Assembly (NCBI GenBank): GCA_043813365.1
Contig: JBDRLB010000053.1
Span: forward strand, 1-26,665
DNA: 26,665 nucleotides
Reading direction: 5' to 3'
From: Candidatus Micrarchaeota archaeon
GTDB lineage: Archaea > Micrarchaeota > Micrarchaeia > Norongarragalinales > SBBD01
Both the position numbers and the translations under genes were made by a program. The notes beneath the pieces are model-generated. The model saw only the letters and a list, made by a program, of their open reading frames with translations. It ran no database searches and was not told the origin of the DNA. Positions 16,035 through 24,060 of the stretch are shown here, in pieces; the first letter of the stretch is position 1, and each line of letters begins with the position of its first letter.

Positions 16035-17198
16035 TCAGCCCTCCGTTATTTCCGCGCTCAATGGGATGGGTTTGCTCTCGCAGGATGTGCTCACTTTCAG
16101 CTCTCCCTTGTAAGGGATCGGATTCGTGTTCAATGGAATTGTAACCGTCATCTGCACCAGCACCTCCTCACCAGGCTTGATCCCTCCCTTCGCATTCGCC
16201 TCCTCCAAACTCGATAAATCCAATTTCGTCCAAGCAGCAAAATCGCCCTTCACGGACACTTCCACGTCCGAAAGCAGAACCGCTCCGGTGCTTCCCGAAT
16301 TCTTGATTTTTATTTGCGATTTCTTCACAATAGGCAATTCAGCCACCTCGCCCTTAATGTCGCTCGCATCCCTGCTCACGAAATCAACACTCAATTTTGC
16401 TTTCTTATCCGTTTTCCTTATAGCCAAATCAAACTTCCTGTTCGCAGTATACTTCAGCCTAACACTCCCAAGCATATCGCTCTTCATATTCGCCGGATAT
16501 TGCAGGCTCGCGCTCAAATACGCCTCCCCTCCTGCTGGAACAACAACAGGCCCGTCACTTGTAATTACGTTTTGAAGCTCTTCAGGGAACACGAAATCAG
16601 TTTCAAAATCAGTCTGGTCCAAATTTGACACGGGAACAACCAGCTGCCCCACGCATCCCTGCGCAAGCAGCACCTCATAATTGCCCTTGTCAAAAGAGAG
16701 CGTATTCCTCTTCTCAATTTCCACATCCATCGAAACGGATTCGCCCTCCTTGAACCTCATCCTCTTCCTTAGAACGGAATATTCCGGCTCCAGCGGCGAC
16801 ACCTCCAGAATAAGGTCCTTCTCAGCCGGAACGGACTGGAATTTCACTATTCCCAGCATGTCCGTATACCCATCCGGCGTTACTGATTTGGAGTTCTCTG
16901 CATCCAGCAATGATACGGTTGCCCCCACAATCGGCACGCCCGGCGAATCAATCAATGAAACCCCAATGCTCACCCTTCCGGAGCTTCTGGGGATGAACAT
17001 CAAAACAGCAGCTGCAATTACCACAAGCAGCGCAATTATTGCAACGATTTTCCAGTTGGACCTGATCTTTCCCATCAACTCCGAGAATTTCCCTCCCATC
17101 CCTTCCTCCGAAGGCTGCTCCCCTACCAACTCCTTGTATTTATCGCTACTCTGCGAAGGCAACGAGAACTTCTCCGCCTCCTGCTCAACATCAGCCAT
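16035..17198 (-). CDS. N-terminally anchored surface protein with carboxypeptidase-regulatory-like/Ig-like beta-sandwich domains
   Basis: Single TM (WKIVAIIALLVVIAAAVLMFI), then GVPIVGATVSL...YTDMLGIVKF and IKPGEEVLVQMTVTIPLNTNP-type strands. Confidence 0.75.
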   Translation of the reverse strand: MADVEQEAEKFSLPSQSSDKYKELVGEQPSEEGMGGKFSELMGKIRSNWKIVAIIALLVVIAAAVLMFIPRSSGRVSIGVSLIDSPGVPIVGATVSLLDAENSKSVTPDGYTDMLGIVKFQSVPAEKDLILEVSPLEPEYSVLRKRMRFKEGESVSMDVEIEKRNTLSFDKGNYEVLLAQGCVGQLVVPVSNLDQTDFETDFVFPEELQNVITSDGPVVVPAGGEAYLSASLQYPANMKSDMLGSVRLKYTANRKFDLAIRKTDKKAKLSVDFVSRDASDIKGEVAELPIVKKSQIKIKNSGSTGAVLLSDVEVSVKGDFAAWTKLDLSSLEEANAKGGIKPGEEVLVQMTVTIPLNTNPIPYKGELKVSTSCESKPIPLSAEITEG

Positions 17199-17220
17199 GA
17201 ATTGGATACTCTCCCGTTCC

Positions 17221-17307
17221 TTTTAAATTATGTTCCTGAGGGCAACATTCCCAAGGGGGCCGCTCCCCCAATTACTTTTTCCCCTTTTCCCACTAATGTT
17301 TTATAAA
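17221..17307. promoter_or_regulatory. Divergent archaeal TATA-like boxes for the surface protein (minus strand, 17221-17227) and the ATPase (plus strand, TTTATAAA 17300-17307)
   Basis: Each box lies ~23-36 nt upstream of its ATG, consistent with leaderless or short-leader transcripts. Confidence 0.5.
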
Positions 17308-17335
17308 CCGCCCCGCCCTTATGTGATCGAAACAT

Positions 17336-20300
17336 ATGGTAGGGGAATACGTCGTCAAATCCGAAGGCGGCAAGAAGCAGCTCATAATCAACTACAAGGG
17401 CGCTCCTTACGGAGCTGACATCGCGCAATACGCCGCCTGCATGAAAGATGTAGTGCAGAAACTGCGCGAAGTGGATGCCGATGAGATAGTGCTCTCCGAA
17501 TACTATGAGCGCATTTACGATGAGGACCAAACCCGCATGCTGAAGGGCATCGGCGACCTCATCTCAAAATTCGAAGGCTCGACAATCTGGAGCCCTGTAA
17601 ATTTAGGCACGACAACCGATTCCCGCGTTTTGGCGCCTCGCCATGATGCGATAATGCAATTTCTGGATTTGCTTCCCGCAGATCCCTTCCGCGCTTACCT
17701 ATTCGTTTTGCAGGAGTTGAAAACGCAGATCGCAAAAGGAAGCGGCGCTTCCGAGGCTTCTTTGGAAGATCTCAAAACCTACATAAAAACCCTCACTTTC
17801 ATCCGCTCCGAAATCGAGAAAACGGACATGATCCAGGCTATGAAAAAATACCTCCTCCAGCTAACCTCCATTCCAGCTGACCGCAACATTTACCACTCGA
17901 TTTTCGAATCCGCCATCAAGCCCTCATTCATCGGCTCGCGCATCTTCTTCACCGGAGTTGAGAATCTCTCCCTCATTGATCAGTATGAGATTCTCGGCAC
18001 CAAAATCTACATCTACAAGCACCCTGAGAAAATTGAACTGCTTTACTACATCAACCCTCCCGAATACACCCTCGCACCGGACAAGTATTTCCTGCTTGAG
18101 AAAACAAAAGAAGTTGTCTCCACTCACCGCCCGGCATCCGTCTCATTTTTGGATATGCAGCAGGCGCGCAAATACTTCCGCAAAATCTACGCTGCAACAA
18201 TCAACGATCTCGCGCAGGCAAACAGCATCAAAATTTCAGCCGAGGAGAAGGACGAGCTTGCGACAATAGTCTCCCGCTACACCATCGGCTATGGCATTCT
18301 GGAGATAATCCTCTCCGATAGGCAAATTACCGACGTTTACATCGATTCCCCCCTCGGGGACAAGCCCATCTATTTAGTGCACTCCAAGTACGGTCAGTGC
18401 CAAACAAACATCATCTACTCCGAAGAGGAAGCCAAATCCCTTGTTTCACGCTTCCGCGCACTTTCCGGCCGCCCATTTGATGAAGCGCACCCAATCCTGG
18501 ATTTCGATTTGCCGGATCTGCAAACAAGAGTTGCCGCCATTGGAAAACCGCTTGCAGTTGATGGCACCGCCTTTGCCTTGCGCTTGCACAAGGAAACCCC
18601 CTGGACATTAGCTCAATTCCTGGATTTCAAGATGTTCAACCCCCTCACAGCAGGGATGCTCTCCTTCATGGTTGATGCGCAGGCCTCCACTCTCATAGTG
18701 GGCTCAAGAGGCGCAGGCAAATGCCTCGATAAAAACACCTTGCTTCAAACAGCTGACGGAAATCTCAAACCGATCGGGGAAGTGGTGGAAAAATGCCTCT
18801 CAAAAAGCAGTAAACTGATACAATTGGACGATGGGATTTGCGCTGATTTAAGCCAGAACGGGCTCAGCATTTCCGTTCCTTCAATGGATCCCAATCTTCA
18901 GATCAGGAAGCTCCCTGTTGAAAAGGTCTGGCGCAGGAACGCCCCGAACAGGATGATGAAATTCCTCTTCGCCTCCGGAAAGCAGATCCTTGTAACGCCG
19001 GAACATCCGTTCTTCACAGTGGAAGAATCAAAAGTCACAATGAAGAGGGCTGACGGATTTTCCGTTGGTGAATATGTTGCATCCCCCCGGCAGCTAAATG
19101 CTTCTGGGAATTACCAGAGCGTTTCAATGCTCCATCCGGAACTGAAATATGACGGCTGCGGAAAGCAAATCTCTGGAGCGCTTCGGGAAATGCAATGGCA
19201 GCAGCCGCTGACATTAATTGCATCGGATTCGCAAACCAGCTACCGAACCCTGCGCAACCTAAAGGATAGCGTGCGCAAATCTGCATTCCTTTCCGAAATC
19301 AGGCTTCTTTGCGATTATTCAGGAGAGCAGCCAATTTCCTACATCTCCAATTTTGAGAATGCAATCGCCGGCACTAATTCCCTAAAGCTTCCGTTTCAGG
19401 CAAATCTCGACCTCGATGAGGATTTCGGAAGGTTTTTAGGCCTCCTTATGGGCGATGGCCATCTTGACGAGAAAAAAATTGAATTCACCAACACCAACGA
19501 TGCACTTAGGAACGAATTTGGACACCTTGCGGAGAAGGTTTTTCGCATTAGGGGAAGAACAATCCTTCCAAAAAACCGCTCTCCGAATTACCAGATCTCC
19601 TGCAAGCCGCTGTTTTACATCCTAAGGGACAAACTGGGGATCATTTCGGGCGACAAGGCGTCAACCCAGGCAATCCCCGAAAAATTGCTGCTCTCCCCCA
19701 ATTCGGTGCTCGCTTCCTTCATAGGCGGATATTTCGACTGCGACTCCTCGGTTTCTGTTACGAAGCACGAGGTTGAATTCTGCACCGCCTCGGAGTCAAT
19801 TGCAAGGCAGATGCAGCTTGCCCTCCAAAGATTCGGGATAATCTCGTTCCTGAAGCCAAAGGATGTGCGGGGCATTACATACTACCGCCTTTTCATCCGG
19901 GGCGAGAATGCCGCAAAATTTGCGCAATCAATCCCGATGCATCACCCCCAAAAGCTGGTGCGCCTGCGGAAATTGCTCTCCTCTTCCGGCAAATTCAACA
20001 CCAACATAGACGTTGTGCCCAATGCATGGGGCCTCCTTCGGGAATGCAAGCAGCTGCACGGATTTGGGAAAACCTCCCTTGACCAGCACAATCTTACCCC
20101 CAAAACTCTCCAAAAATTGCACTCTAAGTTATTGGAAAAGGGGGTCGAAAATGGGCCCCTGGTTGATTCACTCAAGAAACTTGCTTACAATGACCTTTTC
20201 TGGGACAAAATTGTTTCTGTTGAGGAAATCCCCTGCGGCGAAAAATACGTTTACGATTTGACAGTTGGAGGCACCCACAGCTTCATAGCTAATGGGCTGG

Positions 20301-22702
20301 TCGTGCATAATACCTCAATTCTGCAGGCAATGATGCAGGAAATCACGCAAAACCTGAGGATAATTGTGCAGGAGGACAGCGTCACCGGAGATTCGGAAAT
20401 AATGGTTGAACGGAACGGTGATTTGGAGAGGACGACTGTCGGTGAGCTTATAGATGGTTTGATAGAAAAATACGGCACGCAATCAGTAGACGGCCGCGAA
20501 TTGCTTCCCACAAATCCCGATAATATCAAGGTTTATTCCCTTGATGGGAATAACAAGATTTCACTCCATCCTGTGACCCAATTCACCCGGCACGGCGTCA
20601 ATAAGCCGATTTACGAGGTTATTACGAGGTCTGGAAGGAGGATAAAAGTAACTTCCGACCACTCCCTTTTCACCCTAGGCGCATTCGGAGTCGAGCCAAT
20701 AAAAACCTCTCTCCTGAAAACAGGCGATCACATTGCGGTTCCCCGGATCCTTCCTTCCGAAGCAAAGCTGAAAACCGGCTTCAACCTGCTTGACCCCAAG
20801 CTGCTGCCAGCCGGTTCCTTTTTGGTTTGTGAGGAATACCGCGAGTGGCTGAAATCCATCCGCCCCGGACTTATGCAGTATGCAAAATCCGAAGGGTATT
20901 CTAAAGGAACCGTGCAAAATTGGATCCGGAAGGGGATTTTGCCAATAAAAGCTGCCATCCGCTTCCCCAAAGCGTTTGAATACCAGAATGTGCTCTTCAA
21001 ACTTGACCGCAAATCCAAGCCCATCCCCACATATACCGCCCTTTCCCCCGAGTTGCTCAACTACATCGGTTTATGGCTGTCCGATGGCTCATATGATGGC
21101 AAATTCGGCATGATAATCTCCGCCGGAGAGGAAGAGGAGGTGAAGGTAATTGATGCGGTCGCCTCGCAGTTCGGCCTGAAAGCAAGGCTCTGCACCGACG
21201 GCTATTCCCGCATCATCTCCAACACGGGCTTGGTTTGGATCTCAAAAAACATATTGGGTTTGGTTGGCGATTCATATACGAAGCGCTTCCCGCATTGGCT
21301 ATTTTCCATTGCTGATTCCCAGCTCTCGGAGGTGCTCAAAGGCTTCTATAGCGGCGATGGCTGTGCGTCCGATTATGAAGTAACCACATCCCTCTCCTCG
21401 CCGCAGCTGATAAAGGATATCCGCACCCTCCTTCTGCGGTTCGGAATAGTTGCCCGTGAGCACAAGGCAACAACTCCCGGGATGCAGACCTTATCCATTT
21501 CCTCAATTCCCATGCTGCAGCAGTTCCTGAAAATAGGTTTCCTTCAGAAAAGGAAGAATTTGAAGCTTGAACGGGCCCTCCAACGGACTTCCACTCACGA
21601 TACTCTGGATACCATCCCCCTTCCAAGGCAGCTGCTCTCTCTCCTTGCCGACAATAGCCCCATTAACCGGTACGATTATTCCTCAAGGGGCTTCAAGGTC
21701 GGGCGCCGCCACTTGAATCAGCTTTCACTGACCCTCCAAAAGCAATCAATGCACAGCTTCTTCTCCAATCTCGCCAATTCCGACCTCTACTGGGATGAGG
21801 TTGTTTCCGTCAAGCCCGCATTTAAGCAAGGCGGATTCAATTATGTGTACGATTTCTCCGTCCCAAACTGCGAAAATTTCGTTTGTGAGAACATCGTCGC
21901 CCATAATACTCTCGAGCTTCCCGTGCACTCCCTCAAAAAATTGGGTTTCTCAATCCAGCGGCTAAAAACAAGAGCTCCTCTAGGTATGCAGAGCGAATCC
22001 GAGGTTTCCGCTGAGGATGCTCTTCGTACAGCTCTCCGTTTAGGGGATTCCGTCCTCATAGTTGGGGAGGTGCGCTCCACCGAAGCCCGCGCGCTCTTCG
22101 AAGCCATGAGAGTCGGAGCAGTTGGGAATGTTGTGATGGGCACAATCCACGGTGAAAGCGCTTACTCCATCTGGGACCGCATTGTGAATGATCTGGGCGT
22201 CCCCACCACCTCCTTCAAGGCAACTGATTTTGCCGTAGTTGCCACTCAAGTGCGCTTCAAGGGCTCCCTGAAACGAGCGCGCAGGCTGATTGAAATCACT
22301 GAAATCAAGAAGCACTGGACGGAAGACCCTGATAAAGAAGATGGCTTCCTCAACTGGATGAAATTCGATGCCGGCAAGGATGATTTGGATCTGTTTGATG
22401 ATGCAATTAAGGGCTCGGAATGGATGAAAAAGCTCCAGACAACAAGGGGGCTGAAGCCGGATCAAATCTGGCAGGAAATCCGCGCCCGCGCCGATGCAAA
22501 GCAGTACCTCGTTGACCTGAAGCGGAAATACTCCATCCCCAAAATTCTGGAAGCCGATTACACCATCCCCGCCCACTCCAGGTACATGCTGATGTCCGAG
22601 CAGCAGCGTGAGGAATCCGGTTCCGTGGAGCACAAGAAACTCCTGACGGACTGGAAACAGTGGGTTGACAATAATTTGGCGAAACAGTTGTTGAAGAAGT
22701 AA
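17336..22702 (+). CDS. Type II/IV secretion or type IV pilus assembly ATPase (FlaI/TadA/VirB11-like) with two inteins; 748 aa after splicing
   Basis: Spliced sequence restores Walker A GSRGAGK|TS, Asp box VQED|TLEL, ALRLGDSVLIVGEVR (Walker B) and MGTIHG (His box). Confidence 0.93.
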   Translation: MVGEYVVKSEGGKKQLIINYKGAPYGADIAQYAACMKDVVQKLREVDADEIVLSEYYERIYDEDQTRMLKGIGDLISKFEGSTIWSPVNLGTTTDSRVLAPRHDAIMQFLDLLPADPFRAYLFVLQELKTQIAKGSGASEASLEDLKTYIKTLTFIRSEIEKTDMIQAMKKYLLQLTSIPADRNIYHSIFESAIKPSFIGSRIFFTGVENLSLIDQYEILGTKIYIYKHPEKIELLYYINPPEYTLAPDKYFLLEKTKEVVSTHRPASVSFLDMQQARKYFRKIYAATINDLAQANSIKISAEEKDELATIVSRYTIGYGILEIILSDRQITDVYIDSPLGDKPIYLVHSKYGQCQTNIIYSEEEAKSLVSRFRALSGRPFDEAHPILDFDLPDLQTRVAAIGKPLAVDGTAFALRLHKETPWTLAQFLDFKMFNPLTAGMLSFMVDAQASTLIVGSRGAGKCLDKNTLLQTADGNLKPIGEVVEKCLSKSSKLIQLDDGICADLSQNGLSISVPSMDPNLQIRKLPVEKVWRRNAPNRMMKFLFASGKQILVTPEHPFFTVEESKVTMKRADGFSVGEYVASPRQLNASGNYQSVSMLHPELKYDGCGKQISGALREMQWQQPLTLIASDSQTSYRTLRNLKDSVRKSAFLSEIRLLCDYSGEQPISYISNFENAIAGTNSLKLPFQANLDLDEDFGRFLGLLMGDGHLDEKKIEFTNTNDALRNEFGHLAEKVFRIRGRTILPKNRSPNYQISCKPLFYILRDKLGIISGDKASTQAIPEKLLLSPNSVLASFIGGYFDCDSSVSVTKHEVEFCTASESIARQMQLALQRFGIISFLKPKDVRGITYYRLFIRGENAAKFAQSIPMHHPQKLVRLRKLLSSSGKFNTNIDVVPNAWGLLRECKQLHGFGKTSLDQHNLTPKTLQKLHSKLLEKGVENGPLVDSLKKLAYNDLFWDKIVSVEEIPCGEKYVYDLTVGGTHSFIANGLVVHNTSILQAMMQEITQNLRIIVQEDSVTGDSEIMVERNGDLERTTVGELIDGLIEKYGTQSVDGRELLPTNPDNIKVYSLDGNNKISLHPVTQFTRHGVNKPIYEVITRSGRRIKVTSDHSLFTLGAFGVEPIKTSLLKTGDHIAVPRILPSEAKLKTGFNLLDPKLLPAGSFLVCEEYREWLKSIRPGLMQYAKSEGYSKGTVQNWIRKGILPIKAAIRFPKAFEYQNVLFKLDRKSKPIPTYTALSPELLNYIGLWLSDGSYDGKFGMIISAGEEEEVKVIDAVASQFGLKARLCTDGYSRIISNTGLVWISKNILGLVGDSYTKRFPHWLFSIADSQLSEVLKGFYSGDGCASDYEVTTSLSSPQLIKDIRTLLLRFGIVAREHKATTPGMQTLSISSIPMLQQFLKIGFLQKRKNLKLERALQRTSTHDTLDTIPLPRQLLSLLADNSPINRYDYSSRGFKVGRRHLNQLSLTLQKQSMHSFFSNLANSDLYWDEVVSVKPAFKQGGFNYVYDFSVPNCENFVCENIVAHNTLELPVHSLKKLGFSIQRLKTRAPLGMQSESEVSAEDALRTALRLGDSVLIVGEVRSTEARALFEAMRVGAVGNVVMGTIHGESAYSIWDRIVNDLGVPTTSFKATDFAVVATQVRFKGSLKRARRLIEITEIKKHWTEDPDKEDGFLNWMKFDAGKDDLDLFDDAIKGSEWMKKLQTTRGLKPDQIWQEIRARADAKQYLVDLKRKYSIPKILEADYTIPAHSRYMLMSEQQREESGSVEHKKLLTDWKQWVDNNLAKQLLKK
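18722..20311 (+). mobile_element. Intein 1 (530 aa) with LAGLIDADG homing endonuclease, inserted in Walker A
   Basis: CLDKNT start, VTPEHPF (block B), FLGLLMGDG and FIGGYFDCDS, YVYDLTV (block F), VVHN/T end. Confidence 0.93.
20378..21907 (+). mobile_element. Intein 2 (510 aa, Ser1) with LAGLIDADG homing endonuclease, inserted in the Asp box
   Basis: SVTGDSEI start, VTSDHSLF (block B), YIGLWLSDG and LKGFYSGDG, YVYDFSV (block F), VAHN/T end. Confidence 0.93.
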
Positions 22703-22804
22703 CCGCTTCCCCTCATAGCATTGTGAATTTTAGACAATCGCCGAAATATAAACCTTATTATACTAGAACGAGCAAATTTACTAAAAATATTGAGGGGGGT
22801 ACGC

Positions 22805-23902
22805 ATGAAAAAGGGCATTCTACTGGTTTCCGTCTTTCTGCTGCTGTTCAATTCCATCGCATTGGTCGACGCCAAGCGCGTAATCGCACAAACCGTTGAT
22901 GCAAAGGACATCTCCCATTTGGAAAAGCAGGGCTGCAAAGTTACTCACTCCGCAAAGGAACTCGTTACCGGGGTCTCTTTGGACTGCCCCGACAATCTGC
23001 AGATCAATGTCGCTTATGAGGAGGACGAGCTGATCCACATAGCCGATACCCGCACCAACGACAAGGTCGGCGCCTCGCAAGTGCAGGATTCAGGGAACAC
23101 CGGCGCGGGCAGGGTAATTGCCGTTTTGGATACCGGCATAGATGTTTCCCACCCCGAGCTAAGCTCAAGCGTATACGGAGGCAAGTGCTACCTTTCCAAC
23201 TGCTATTCCTACAACGATGACAACGGCCACGGCTCGCACGTTGCGGGCATCATTACTGCCGACGGAGTCATTCCTGCTGCCAAAGGGATCGCGCCTGATG
23301 CAAGGATATTCGCGGGCAAGATTCTTGATGCGAACGGCAACGGCTACTTCTCCGACATGATCGCCGCGATCAATGATGTTGCGGGCATGCCCGGGATCGA
23401 TGCGATTTCCATGAGCATCTCCACCTTGCAAGTTTACACGAAGAGCTGCGACCGCACCTACTCCACTCTCAAGGCTGCAATCAACAACGCGATCTCGAAA
23501 GGCAAGATAGTGATCGTTGCCGCAGGGAACGACCCCCGCGGGGTTGGCGCTCCGGCATGCATCTCCACTGCTGTTGCAGTAGGGGCGGTAGATTTCAACG
23601 ATGCGATCGCTGCCTTCTCAGGAAGGGGATCGACTTTCAAGCTGAACGGCATCGTCGCCCCCGGCGTGGGCATCTACTCAACTTTCATGAACGGCAGCTA
23701 CACCTACCTTTCAGGCACTTCCATGGCAACCCCGGCTGTTTCCGGAACGGTTGCCCTGATGAAGGCGAAGAACCCTTCCCTGACAGTTTCCCAGATAAAA
23801 AGCATCCTGTTCTCAACCGCACTGGACCTTGGGAAGAAGGGCGACGACAACATTTACGGCAACGGCCGCCTTGACGCCCTGAAAGCGGTTTCTGCCTCCT
23901 GA
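22805..23902 (+). CDS. Secreted subtilisin-family (S8) serine protease
   Basis: Signal peptide MKKGILLVSVFLLL, short propeptide, triad VLDTG / HGSHVAG / GTSMATP, oxyanion AAGN; GAGGGGGG RBS before ATG 22805. Confidence 0.95.
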   Translation: MKKGILLVSVFLLLFNSIALVDAKRVIAQTVDAKDISHLEKQGCKVTHSAKELVTGVSLDCPDNLQINVAYEEDELIHIADTRTNDKVGASQVQDSGNTGAGRVIAVLDTGIDVSHPELSSSVYGGKCYLSNCYSYNDDNGHGSHVAGIITADGVIPAAKGIAPDARIFAGKILDANGNGYFSDMIAAINDVAGMPGIDAISMSISTLQVYTKSCDRTYSTLKAAINNAISKGKIVIVAAGNDPRGVGAPACISTAVAVGAVDFNDAIAAFSGRGSTFKLNGIVAPGVGIYSTFMNGSYTYLSGTSMATPAVSGTVALMKAKNPSLTVSQIKSILFSTALDLGKKGDDNIYGNGRLDALKAVSAS

Positions 23903-23921
23903 TTTTTTTCCTTCCCCCCAA

Positions 23922-23981
23922 ACGGACCGGAAGCAATGGGCTGGCAGCAATTTGGCGAAGCAGCTATTGAAGAAGTAACCG
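23922..23981 (+). repeat. Diverged 60-bp direct repeat of the ATPase 3' end (22646-22705)
   Basis: 50/60 identical with no gaps; TDWKQWVDNNLAKQLLKK* versus TDRKQWAGSNLAKQLLKK*. Confidence 0.9.
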
Positions 23982-24060
23982 TAGCCACCCAATTTCACCC
24001 GAACCGGCCCCCTGCAGCCTTTAATAATTTATTTAATGCTCATCCGTAGGGGGGATTCAT

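Noticed and set aside
22646..23981. Diversity-generating retroelement TR/VR pair
   Set aside because: Mismatches involve A, T and G positions rather than adenines only, and no reverse transcriptase is in the window.
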